This document shows positions 40,089 through 52,224 of a stretch of 64,000 nucleotides of DNA, piece by piece. Where the stretch lies: positions 39,122,001 to 39,186,000 of the forward strand of contig NC_043000.1 of the NCBI RefSeq assembly GCF_006345805.1, read 5' to 3'. The DNA comes from Octopus sinensis. Its lineage: Eukaryota. Made by a program: the position numbers and the translations under genes. Positions within the stretch are counted from its first letter, which is position 1, and every line of letters begins with the position of its first letter. The notes under the pieces are model-generated. The model worked only from the letters and a program-made list of their open reading frames with translations. It had not been told where the DNA came from and ran no database searches.

Positions 40089-40308
40089 TACGAAGGGGAC
40101 TGAAACGTTCCTGGCTCAAAGTGTGTCGCGAAATGCGTGGTAGGAGGCCCAACCTTCCGATTTCTTTTACAGGGCTTAGAAAAAATATTGGACCGCTTCA
40201 ATTAAGTGTGTGAATCTGAGAAGGGAATATGTTGAATAAAATTATAATTAACTGATCCTTTTGAAATTTCTTTTACCCAAAGCCCAGAAATTTTCAGCAC
40301 CCCTGTTA
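40089..40308 (+). mobile_element. Mariner-derived MITE
   Basis: TIRs TACGAAGGGGACTGAAACGTTCCTGGCT / AGCCCAGAAATTTTCAGCACCCCTGTTA; retains the transposase C-terminal remnant ...KCVNLRREYVE*. Confidence 0.8.
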
Positions 40309-41410
40309 TGAACAACTGTGAAGCAAATCATATTCATGAACCGCCATAAATCTAGAAATCTTGTTTAAAAGTGGAAAATTACATGACTACAGATTGAGTG
40401 GATGATCATAAAGCTATATCCAAAGACCACTCACATACATTTTACGTTTTCTTCAATAACACCATTAGAAAGCCTCTTTCTATGTCTTCTAAGTGATGTC
40501 CTTCACGTCATTTGCTCTGTTAGACTTTGCTTCCAGCATAATATATAAGACACGCCCGAGTATCAAAACAAGATATTTATGACTTTACATTGTTTCCATT
40601 CGCATTAGGCGACTAAAATACTTGGGAAACTGCGAGTTCTACAGGGTCCCGGCGTTTATTTTAAATAGACCTTCCCTTTCACGATATAGGCTAAGATGCG
40701 ATCAAATCAATAATGGACTTGTGGACCAAACTGTGAACTTAAATATTCAACACAAGGTTATTGTCCAGGATTGTATATATATATATATATATATATATTG
40801 AACACACAAATACATACATGCATACGTATATACATGTGTGTGTGTGTACATGTATCTGTATACGTACATTATTACACAGCTGTGTATATGCAGAAATAGC
40901 AGTGAAATCTCCATCACACCTTACCAAAAAGAAAAGCAAAAGCCATCAAATAATATATCTTTAGATAAACTATGCCTGAAAAGATTTGATCATTGATCCC
41001 TTTAAGCGGAGAGGACTACGACAATAACAAGAACGGCATCCAAATCGTCTGAAGTTATGGTTTCAATGACAATTTCGGAGTCGATCGAGGAGGAAATTGT
41101 TGTTATTATTATTGTTGTTTGTGTTATTATTGTAGTTTAGCTCGAGGCAAGCTCTGAATTACTCTATTTTACTCTTTTAATTGTTTCAGTCATTTGACTG
41201 TGGCCATGTTGGAGCACCGCCTTTAGTCAAGAAAATCAACCCCAGGACTTATTCTTTACAAGCCTAGTACTTATTCTATCGGTCTTTTTTGCCGAACAAC
41301 TAAGTTACGGGGGACGTAAACACACCAACATCGGTTACCAAGCGATGTTAGGGGACAAACACAGACACACAAACATATAAACACACATATATATATATAC
41401 ATATTTTTGG

Positions 41411-41452
<42 letters not shown>

Positions 41453-41662
41453 TTATGTGAAATAGAAAGATGAATAATCTTGTTGCAGATTAATCAAAAG
41501 TTTAACCGATACCTTGGTAGCAAAAATCACAGCAGAAGACAGCACGGTTGGAGGTACAACCATATGGTGTTGCAACCGTGCGTTGGTGCGGATAATTGAA
41601 TATTAATATTATTAGTGAATTGAAGAAATGGAGTTGAACGAAGATTGAACAGAAATCGTTTT

Positions 41663-41753
41663 ATTTCATTCTACACGTGTTTCGAAAGGCACAATTTACC
41701 AAATTCCGATTGAATAATGAGACCATATTGTGTCTTTCTCTTCAGGAAGAAAT
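41663..41753 (-). ncRNA. Type I hammerhead ribozyme (left arm)
   Basis: Reverse complement of 42221-42311. Confidence 0.85.
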
Positions 41754-42220
41754 AGGAAATCCGTTGAAAAAACAAAAACAGAACAGAGGCGGAGCAAAAC
41801 AAATCGAACGAGGCTCCTAAGAGCCCATGGCCAAACTGTTTATCAGTGTATGTTGAAAACGGGTGGTGGGTGCGTTGAAGATTTTAACGGGTCAGGCAGC
41901 GGTCATTCCGGTGGGTGAGGGCACGGGGTGTGTAGATGTTCTTTGTGACCGAGAGTAAAGTTCTGACTATTTAAAGAATATTAGGTGTATTATGTGGGGC
42001 GAGACAAATCTACTTTACTCTCGGTCACAAAGAACATCTACACACCACGTGCACCCACCCACCGGAATGACCGCTGCCTGACCCGTTAAAATCTTCAACG
42101 CACCCACCACCCGTTTTCAACATACACTGATAAACAGTTTGGCCATGGGCTCTTAGGAGCCTCGTTCGATTTGTTTTGCTCCGCCTCTGTTCTGTTTTTG
42201 TTTTTTCCAACGGATTTCCT

Positions 42221-42311
42221 ATTTCTTCCTGAAGAGAAAGACACAATATGGTCTCATTATTCAATCGGAATTTGGTAAATTGTGCCTTTCGAAACACGTG
42301 TAGAATGAAAT
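42221..42311 (+). ncRNA. Type I hammerhead ribozyme (right arm)
   Basis: ATTTC.TTC-CTGAAGA-GAAAG.A.CACAAT(31-nt loop)ATTGTG.C.CTTTC-GAAA-CACGTGT-A|GAA.T.GAAAT; intact core, palindromic stem III ACACGTGT, GUA site after 42302. Confidence 0.85.
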
Positions 42312-42385
42312 AAAACGATTTCTGTTCAATCTTCGTTCAACTCCATTTCTTCAATTCACTAATAATATATATATATATATACATA

Positions 42386-42933
42386 TTTTTGGGAAAAGAA
42401 TTTTTTTCGAAAAAAATTTTATCCTACATTAGATATAAATTTAAGCGTTCACTTCCGGACTCTTTCACTCTGTGAGAGCATCAGTTCAAATCGCACGTGT
42501 CTCGAATGGGCTGGAGTATTTCTATTTTGGATATATTTGGTGTACTTAATTGTGCTCATGACTTAGTGTTTGCTTCTTCCATGGGTATGAGTAAGTATCT
42601 CATTTATTTCTTTTGCCACATGTATCACTGACGAAGGGAGGGCTGTTATAAGCTAACTATGAAATCGGTCCGATATGGTAATAATGGAATTTTTTAGAAA
42701 TTTCTGTCGACCTTTTTTCGAGTAGCGTGCGTATTGTGAAAAAATTATATGGTTAATGGACAATATGTCCAATTTTTCGGCATATTTAGCATTAGACATT
42801 TTTTCGTTTGCCCTTATTTTTTAATTGTTTATAAATTTAACCTTTAAAGGTATTTTTTAATATGCTGGCCATTGATAAAATTTTTGGGGGAAAAGAATTT
42901 TTTTCGAAAAAATTTTATCCTACATTAGATATA
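42386..42933 (+). mobile_element. 495-bp unit with ~52-bp terminal direct repeats and an internal HHR motif
   Basis: Direct repeats 42386-42437 and 42881-42933; flanked by TA. Confidence 0.8.
42624..42679 (+). ncRNA. Hammerhead motif with eroded stem II
   Basis: ATCA-CTGACGA-...-GAAA-TCGGTCCGAT-A-TGGT; near-palindromic stem III, AUA site. Confidence 0.6.
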
Positions 42934-43180
42934 TATATATACATATATACGACGGGCTTCTTTCAGTTTCCGTCTACCAAATCCACTCAGAAGGCTTTGG
43001 TCAGCCCGAGGCTATAGTAGAAGACATTTTCCCAAGATGCCACACAGCGGGACTGAACCCGGAAACATGTGGTTGGTAAGCAAGCTACTTACCACACACC
43101 CAAATTAAATCTGCTTATTTAAACACATACAGAATTAAGTTGGAGGATATTTCAGTCCTGTCAATTGTACACTAAAATAG

Positions 43181-43499
43181 GCTCTCCGTAGGTTGCGAAG
43201 ATGAGTGTTCCAGTTGATTCTATCAGCAAACAGACTGCTTGTGAAATTAATGTGCAAATGGTTGAGTACTCCACAAACACGCGTGCGCGTAACGTAGATC
43301 TCAGGGCGAGTAGTGCTACACAGAACGTGACAAGGCTGGACCTTTGAATTACTGGTACAATTCAGTTTTGCCAGCTGATTGAACTGGGGCAACGTTAAAT
43401 AAAGTGCCTAGCTCAAGGACACAATGCGCCATCGGGAATCGAACTCACGACCTAGCGATTGTGAGAGGAACACCTTAATCGCTAAGCCAGTCACACGCC
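43181..43499 (-). mobile_element. SINE family C
   Basis: Homologous to 2655-2970. Confidence 0.8.
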
Positions 43500-43930
43500 T
43501 TTGCTCTATTCTACCTTACTAGCAGACATATATTACACCGCATCATCCGATATGTCTCAGTTTTTTGAAAGCTGTATGATATGATTCAAGGAAGAATCAG
43601 CTATTGTTTCTAGCAGGTCGAGGGTTTACACAAAGGCTTTCTGCTCGTTAGTAGCCCTTTAGGGACGATTCCACTGACTATCATTCTCTCCATACAAAAT
43701 TTGGCCTCATGCCTGCTCCAATGAATTCAATAATTACGCAGATGTAGTTCTGTGTTTTGTTCTTTTCATTGGAAAGTTTCATGCAAACATTTTGACTTGA
43801 TAAAATACATGGAAACTGGTCTGGTGCCAAATGGTTGTTCTTGGTTTTGGACTCCATTCAAGTAAGTTATTAAAGGAAACATTCTGTTTCTATGATAAAC
43901 ACAAGAAACGCTAGCTTTCCTTGGAAACAG

Positions 43931-43987
<57 letters not shown>

Positions 43988-44096
43988 ATATATACATATA
44001 TTATATATATATATATATACATATATATATGTATGTATGTATGTATATGTATATATATATATACATACATACATACATATATACACACACACACGC

Positions 44097-44169
<73 letters not shown>

Positions 44170-44176
44170 TTATATA

Positions 44177-44248
<72 letters not shown>

Positions 44249-44252
<4 letters not shown>

Positions 44253-44465
44253 CGGGAAGCTTTATGAAAATAAACAAAAGACGAAGGCAGGTGGAAAACA
44301 AACGAACAATTGTATTAGTATGGCGCTCAGGAAATATAAATAAAACAAGTCTTTAACGTTTCGAGCCTACGCTCTTCAACAGAAAGATACACAGAGAGAG
44401 AAAAACACAGAAAGAAGGAGAGAAAAAAAAATGCGTGCAGTAGCTAACGAATCAACATGGCGATC
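44249..44465 (-). mobile_element. HHR-bearing element, family F
   Basis: HHR at 44350-44387: TCTTT-CTGTTGA-A-GAGC-GTAG-GCTC-GAAA-CGTT-AAAGA. Confidence 0.85.
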
Positions 44466-44551
<86 letters not shown>

Positions 44552-44704
44552 ATATATATATCGATCTCATTGATAAACACGGATATTGGAAACCAACAAA
44601 GAAACCTGTACGAGGTCACCCAGATTGCTAGATATAACAGTCGTATTATTATCTGTCATAATAAAGAGCTCATGAAGGATATATTGGTCGATGTTATTCT
44701 ACAT

Positions 44705-44956
44705 GAGTACTTCTCAACCGCGGTTCATATGACCCTAGGTGGGTCCGTAAGATTTTGTGCTTAAAATTTATCTGAAATAAAGTGGTTATACTCTTACAAT
44801 ACACAAAATATTTTAATAATTTTTTAATACAGTTCCTAATGATATTCAATTATAAATATGCATTACGGTTTTTTAAAGCATTAAATGGGTTTGACGATCC
44901 ACCCGAGTATAAAATGAATGAAAGGGATTCATAGGAAAAATAACTGATCAAGACCG
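44705..44956. mobile_element. hAT-type MITE (degenerate)
   Basis: Similar to 32180-32436. Confidence 0.55.
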
Positions 44957-45136
44957 TTTTAAATGTATGAGAAACAAAAAAAAACTGGAAAACAATCGGC
45001 CGAATGTTTCTGCTTTTAATTCTAGCCAGGAATGACGAGAAAAATGGTAAGCATTTTGGATAGAAGTTCCCAGAAAGTCATCGAATTCCAACTAACGGGT
45101 GGCTTTGAAGTACGTATTTTTTGTGTTGAGCAATTT

Positions 45137-45518
45137 ATCTTTTATCTTTTACTTGTTTCAGTCATTTGACTTGCGGCCACACTGGGGCACCATCTTGACG
45201 AATTCTTAGTCGAATGAATCAAACCCAATACTTATTCTTTTGGAAGCCTGGTACTAATTTTATCGATATGTTTTGCCGAACCGCTAATTTTACGGGAACA
45301 TATGCACACCAACACTGGTTGTCAAGCAGTGAAAAGGAACAAATACAATAACACACACACACATGACGGGCTTGCTTCTGTTTCCGTCAAAAAAATCCAT
45401 TCGGAAGGCTCTCGTTGACCTGAGGCTATAGCAGAAGAGACTTGCCCTAGGTACCACGCAGTGGGAACGAACCCAGAACCATGAAGTTGGGAAGCAAGCT
45501 TCTCACCACTACCGCGCC
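45137..45518 (-). mobile_element. SINE family B
   Basis: Head and tail motifs present. Confidence 0.8.
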
Positions 45519-46654
45519 TAACCACGCTCATATTCAAGCAGCTTCTGTGTTTCATAGTTTATTTGAACAGTTAATCGCGGTGACAGCTCAGTAAATGCAA
45601 TTTGTATTTAAAAGAGCGACCAAGTTTCCCTCCTTTTACATCTTATTCCCTTAACAAATGGAAGATGACATCACATGCAGTTCTAGGCACAATACGTGTA
45701 AAACGTACTCGAAATACGAGATAGTGAAAGCTGGGATGTCTTAAATGAAGGCTGTCATGGAGCTGAAAATCATGTCCTACTGCATTAGAATGGCATGAAA
45801 CTCCCACAATCTTAGTTCTTCTAATTTGCCAAACGTTTTCTTCATTCCTTTGCCACATAATTTCGTAAACAAAATCTAGAACAAACGAAGAGTAATTTTG
45901 TCAGTCTTCTTTGGGTGTCTTTAACTGAACTGCATCAGTAAGCATTGTAGCGAGTAATGTATAAACAAAAATAGATTTCGTTTGGTGATAAGAGTGTTCG
46001 CCAGATATGAAATAATTCGCTTGCGAAGGAGGAACACGAAATCGAGAAGGCTACAAAGAACTGTGTGTAAATCCCTACGACAGAAAAGATCAAAGCGGTA
46101 ACCTTCGGCCCATAGGTGACTATCATTTCTTTTCTATTCAAACCATACTATATTGATAGCATTGTCTACTTCGAGGTACACCGTAAAAAATCGAAACAAT
46201 ATTCAGATTAGACAGAAATGGAGTCAATATTGAAATATTAACACAAAGTTATGGAAGCTAAAGATTTGAACACACAACTGGGATTGATGAGGCAAAATCC
46301 TGCACAAAGAAGTCCAAAACTCATTCATGCACAACAGACTGAGCAAGTCGATTGCCTTTCATTTCTGCAGGGCATCCATTCGCAAGTGACGTTCATTTTG
46401 ACTGATTCCAGACGTTGATCAAATGAAAGCTATGATATTTAGGTATTTTCGGTTGCCTTAACAACACAGTGAATTGATAACTTCAAATGGGAATTATGCA
46501 CGGATCAGAGATCCAATTCCTTGACTGGTTAAATTCTACGTTATGTTAATAGTCATAATGAAATGATTGTGCACCCATGCACATACATATGAATATTGAT
46601 ATATGAATTTACGTGTGTATATATACGTGTGTGCGTGTGTGTGTGTGTGTGTGT

Positions 46655-46948
46655 GAAGGCTTGTGGTTTACTGTTTGGGGTACTGCACTCACGACTTCCA
46701 GACTAGAGGTTCAATTCACAGACTGGGCAGCGCATTGTATTCTTAAAAGCGACGCTTCATTTCATCATTTCACGTTGCTCCAGGCCACTCATCTATAAAT
46801 GGGCCACCCTCTAACGGAAAAGTCTTCCGACCAGGGAAAATGTTGGCCTGCTCGCCTAACCACCAAAAATTACGTCATTCGAAAGCTAAAGCAAGGAGAG
46901 GTGCATTGTGATCAGCGATGTATAGCAACGTCTGATAGTTTGGTTGAT
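46655..46948 (+). mobile_element. tRNA-derived SINE, family D (diverged)
   Basis: Shares the 3' part GCATTGTGA.CAGCGATGT.TAGCAAC.TCTGAT with 63555-63835. Confidence 0.65.
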
Positions 46949-47118
46949 AGTTTATACATACACACACACACGCGCACGCATATATATATATATATGTGTA
47001 AATGTGTGTGTAAATGTATATGTGTGTATGTATGTGTGTGTATATATGTATATATATATATATGTGTAAATGTGTGTGTAAATGTATATGTGTGTATGTA
47101 TGTGTGTGTATATATGTA

Positions 47119-47190
<72 letters not shown>

Positions 47191-47192
<2 letters not shown>

Positions 47193-47460
47193 TATTAGTG
47201 AATTGAAGAAATGGAGTTGAACGAAGATTGAACAGAAATTGAACAAATAAAACGATTTCTGTTCAATCTTCGTTCAACTCCATTTCTTCAATTCACTAAT
47301 AATATTAAAATTCAATTATCCGCACCAACGCACGGTTGCAACACCATATGGTTGTACCTCCAACCGTGCTGTCTTCTGCTGTGATTTTTGCTACCAAGGT
47401 ATCGGTTAAACTTTTGATTAATTTGCAACAAGATTATTCATCTTTCTAGTTCACATAATA
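47191..47460 (+). mobile_element. Short derivative of the family H foldback element
   Basis: 49-bp arms 47191-47239 / 47255-47303; 47245-47460 is the reverse complement of 41451-41666. Confidence 0.92.
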
Positions 47461-48456
47461 TATATATATATATATATATGTGTACGCTTGTGTGTTTATG
47501 TATATGTAGGTATGTAGAGTTATGTGTGTATGTATGTATGTATATATACATATGTGTAAATAGGTATGTATGTGTATGTTTATATGTATGTATATGTCTG
47601 TATGCATGTATGTGTTTATGAACATAAGGAGGCGCGTGTGTGTGTGGATGTGTATGCATATGTATAAACATATGTATACATTTATGCATGTATGTACTTA
47701 TGTGTATATATAGATGCGCGTGTGTGTGTGTGTATGTGTACGCATATATATATATATATGTGTGTATGTGTATATATGTATGAATGTATATGAGTATGTA
47801 TATGTATATGTATATATATGTATATATATATGTATATGTATGTATGTGTATGTATGTGTATGTGTATATGTGTGTATATATATTTATTAGTGTATATGTA
47901 TGGACTAGTCTTCTGTCGGTGTATTGAGGTATGTATGTGTATGCGTGTAGATATGAATCAGTAGGTACGTGTACGTATGTGAATATACGTGAATGTATGT
48001 AGATGTATGTATGTATGAATATAACACGTGCGTGTGTGTATGGGTATGAGTGTACGTGTGAGTGTGTGGGCGTGAGTGAGTGTTTGCGTTCGTATCAGTG
48101 AGTAGATAGATAAATGGACTCTTTAGACCATCCCTTGAGACCGGCTGACCCAGGTCAAGATAAAAATAAAGATATAAACAAAAGTAATAATAAAATTAAA
48201 ATAAGGGAATAAAAATGTGTGTGTATGTGTGTGCATGTATATGCATGTGTATATGTGTGTATGTATATATATGTGCGAGTGTGTATACATATATGTATAT
48301 ATATGTATGTATATGTGTATTTGTGTGTATGTACATGGGTATGTGTATATATATGTATATGTATGTATATGTATGTGTATATGTATGTATATATATATAT
48401 ATATATATGTATATATGTGTATGTATGTATATATATAGATATATGTGAATATGTGG

Positions 48457-48489
<33 letters not shown>

Positions 48490-48493
<4 letters not shown>

Positions 48494-48754
48494 GATGCAC
48501 AAGTGAGAGTCTCCTTACTTACCTAAAACTCTATTTTTCTATTTATTCTTTTATTCTTTTATTTATTCTTTTATCTACTTTACCACCGATTCCTTTGACC
48601 ACTCCCCTAATTATGATAGTTTTGCGCCATGCCTACCCCCACCACCACCCATTTAAACCTGCCTAAATGTATAAATGCCAAACCAACTCTTGTCTACTAG
48701 CTTCCTGATGATTTCTTTTGAATGAAACAGTTCTAGTCCTGTAGAAGCTCCTTC

Positions 48755-48756
<2 letters not shown>
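48490..48756 (+). mobile_element. (TA)n-flanked non-coding element ending in a hammerhead
   Basis: Pyrimidine-rich 3'UTR-like body with the HHR at its 3' end. Confidence 0.6.
48699..48749 (+). ncRNA. Type I hammerhead ribozyme
   Basis: AGCTTC-CTGATGA-TTTC-TTTT-GAAT-GAAA-CAG-TTCTAGTC-CTGT-A|GAAGCT; 6-bp stem I, canonical core, 4-bp stem III, GUA site after 48743. Confidence 0.85.
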
Positions 48757-48787
<31 letters not shown>

Positions 48788-49782
48788 CTAGCAGTATTGC
48801 CCGGCTTACCTGTGGAAGCAAAAATTGTTACAACTCAGAAGTAACTGATCTCGCTGAACTCGTAGCAAGCTGCGTCATACGAAAGCAAAGCAGTGCAAAT
48901 GATTTTTGCACGTGTGACTATTAATTGCACTGAGGAAAGACGATTAATCTGCGAGTGCAAAATCAATACTTTCTTACACAATGTACGTACGTGCGCTCGT
49001 GCGTTCTATGCACGCGAGAATGAACTTGGATGAAGTTCAATCAAAATTCAATTATTTTGGTTTTAAAATAAAGCATTTAATGCCCTCTATTTTTGCGCTT
49101 ATGTGTTCCATTTCCTCAATAGGAAATACGTAGAAGTGTTTCATAAATTTTTGTTGATCAAATAATTGCATTGTTGAATTATTCTTTTAGATCAGTATTT
49201 CTCAACGGGGATTTCAGGGAGTCGCTGGCGATGTATCGTGATGATCAAAAATCCGGCCTGCTAAAATTTGGTTAAAGTGATTCAAACTGCAGACTCAACG
49301 CAAAATGGTCACATTTAATTCAAAGCGTTAAAAATGTTATGAAAACAATTGATATGTGTTCACAAAGTCCAAACGATTAATACGAAAACCCTCCTGGCTA
49401 CAACCCCGAAAATTCATTTCTTTGTCGAATTTCTACAATGTTTACGGCGATACGTTTTTATATCTTGATTTTTTATTTTTCATGCAATTTACGCATGCTT
49501 GCACGCGTGATGAACACAGTTCACGTCAAACAGCTGACTGGGTAAAGTTCACTATTCAATGCATGGGATAAGGCCTAAACAAACACATTATCGATTTTTG
49601 CACTCGCGAGATGAATTTCGGAACAGAAATAACGCAGTTCAATTTTCATTCGCCTAAACTTTAAGTGGCCCATTTTTGGTGGTTCTACGATTTGTTGGCT
49701 CGGAGATGTGCCGGGAAGTTAAACACACAGACACACACACAGATACACACACAGACACACAAGTTGTGTTTTATATATATAT
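48788..49782 (-). mobile_element. Non-autonomous Helitron-like element (~1 kb)
   Basis: Minus strand starts TATATATAAAACACAACTTGTGTGTCTGTG and ends GCCGGGCAATACTGCTAG. Confidence 0.6.
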
Positions 49783-49788
49783 ATATAA

Positions 49789-51358
49789 TATTGTGTTAAG
49801 TGACAAGTTTTGCGATATTTTGGTAACTTATTTGCGTTGTTCGTCAATTGACAAGAAAAACAGTCTAGTATTCAAACTAGAGGCCATCGTCTTGCACCGA
49901 AGCCACCTTTCTGCAAATTCTTTGATTCCACGCTGATACCAGTTCTTCTTCGAGGCGTAGAACTCCTTTACTGGAGATTCCATCTTTTCTTGGTTGATGA
50001 AGCGTCACGAGCGCAGGAAGTGAGCCATGGATCGGAACAAATAATAATCCGAGGGAGATATTTCTCCACAGTCTTAACATGTATAAGCAATGGTTAAGAA
50101 GGGGCCAGATTCCGGAGCCTGTCTAGTGGAACTATGAGGGGATAATTCATTAAAAGTTCGTTTCGGGCGGTCAAACAAATCATCGATGCTAACCTGTAAT
50201 CCGAACAGCTGGAGCGGATGTGTACCAGTGTACAGCAAAGATTCCTGGTATTGGTCATCAGAAAGCGAGCTCGTTTGCAACAAGACAACTGAGGACCTAT
50301 TTCTGCTCGAACGATCCAGAATAAACTCCAGGAATTTGAGGGAACTGAACTGATGTTGTCACACCCAGCGTATATTCCGGAGCTTGCTTTCTCGGGTCAT
50401 TACTTGTTCCGATAAATGGCTCACTTCCTGCAATCGCGACGCTTCATCAACCAAGAAGAGATGGAAACTTAACTGAAGAAATACTTCGCCTCGAAAGACA
50501 AAAACTGGTATTAGTGAGGGATCAAAGAACTGGCACAGAAGTGGCTTCAGACGGTACAACACGCTGGCCTCCACTTTGAATGTTAGGTTGTTCATGTAAC
50601 CTGACGAATAAAGCAAATAAATTACAAAAATATTCTTTTCTACTCTAGGCACAAGGCTCGAAATTTTCTTTTGGTGAGAAGACGACCTCGGCGGAATTTG
50701 AACTCAGAATGTAAAGACAGACGAAATACCTATTTCTTTACTACCCACAAGGGGCTAAACACAAAGAGGACAAACAAGGACAGACAAACGGATTAAGTCG
50801 ATTACATCGACCCCAGTGCGTAACTGGTACTTATTTAATCGACCCCGAAAGGATGAAAGGCAAAGTCAACCTCGGCGGAATTTGAACACAGAACGTAAAG
50901 ACAGTCGAAATACAGCCAAGCATTTTGCCCGGCGTGCTAACGTTTCTGCCAGCTCTCCGCCTTAAGCTACAAACATACTCTTTTTTACTCTAGGCACAAG
51001 GCCCGAAATTTTGGGGAAGGGAGCCAGTCGATTAGATCGACACCAGTACACCATAATTTGAACTCAGAACATAAAGATAGACGAAATACCTATTTCTTTA
51101 CTACCCACACTGGGCTAAACACAGAGAGGACAAATAAAGAGAGACAAACGGATTAAGTCGATTATATCGACACCAGTGCGTAACTGATACTTAATTTATC
51201 GACCCTGAAAGGGTTAAAGGCAAATTTGACCTCGGCGGAATTTGAACTCAGAACGTAACGGTAGACAAAATAACGGTAAGCATTTCGCCCGGCGTGCTTC
51301 TGCCAGCTCGCCGCCTTAAGTTACCAAAATATTGCAAAACATTTGAATCAACACAATA
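49789..51358 (+). mobile_element. Mariner relic with inverted duplication of its 3' end, interrupted by SINEs
   Basis: Degenerate DD34D C-terminus at 50185-50586 (LQQDN, HPAYIPELAFSGHYLFR*MAHFL, GIKELAQKW); TIRs at 49789 and ~51318-51358. Confidence 0.88.
50636..51317 (-). mobile_element. SINE family A multimer
   Basis: Four to five units; flanked by AAATTACAAAAATATT / AAGTTACCAAAATATT (TSD-like). Confidence 0.88.
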
Positions 51359-52224
51359 TAATGTTGCATATTCATTGGAGAATATTTTTAATGTTATTCT
51401 AAATATTAAAGAATTCTTGTTGGTTTCACTTGTATTCTTTATTAAATTGAGATGCGTCTTGGTTGAAATGATTCATAGTTTAGTTTTCCAGTGAATAAGT
51501 ATGAGTTGGGCTGGAGTGAATAAAGTGAAGACATTCGACCTTTTAATGGGAAGATCAGGCCCAATGTCAAGATGAATGCTGATTATGTATCATCCAATGT
51601 GAATTATATTATCATTTCATGCAGAATTTGTGTGAGTCTGTGTGATACAATATTTTCCTACCGAAGAAAGGGCTATGCTCATGAGAAAATTTTCTGGCAA
51701 CAACCACAATTTCCAAAACAACGCAATTTCGTCAACCTGTCTGACATTATTTCTGATTATCCAATCACAAATTAATAGTTATGGTTGTGAACCAGTAGGT
51801 GATGAGACGATGTTAATCATCCAATGAAAGACTGGGATACCCTGGGCAAACTTTCGACAAAAGAAATACGACAAAATAAAATCGCTTCCTTTGCCACCGA
51901 GCTTTGTTACATTTACTTTCTTTTAAAATTTCTTTAACAATTCTCTCTTCCGTTGGTTTTAGAATTATATTCCGCTTGCTGGGTGGGGGGGGATTAGCAA
52001 ATAATGCGTCAGACTGTATTTCTGAATGCATTTAGTATTGAATCTCACTGATTCAAGTTCGAGTTTAACGTAGTTAATATTTGCTTTACGAAACACAATG
52101 ATACTGTCAATAAAGATATTAAGCCTAAAGTCAAATTATTAAGTTTTTTTCCATCTCCTAACGAATCAAAGTATAGAGTGAGTTACTTAAAATAAATTTC
52201 ATAATTAGCATCTACGAAAAGAAA

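Larger units (their letters stand above)
41451..42366. mobile_element. HHR foldback element, family H (tail + 354-bp arm + 50-nt loop + 355-bp inverted arm)
   Basis: Arms 41608-41961 / 42012-42366, about 4 differences by eye; tail 41451-41607. Confidence 0.95.
41161..43098 (-). mobile_element. SINE family B split by nested insertions in its internal (TA)n
   Basis: 3' half 41161-41390, 5' half 42945-43098, both minus strand and collinear. Confidence 0.75.

Noticed and set aside
41730-42297. Two near-identical ORFs (EKTKTEQRRSK...) on opposite strands
   Set aside because: Artefact of the 355-bp inverted repeat; no domain recognised.
39410-52031. ORFs 39410-39646, 45643-45858 and 51813-52031 as BMP10 exon 1
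   Set aside because: No signal peptide or BMP prodomain motifs (e.g. NIxRSF) and no fitting phase-1 donor.
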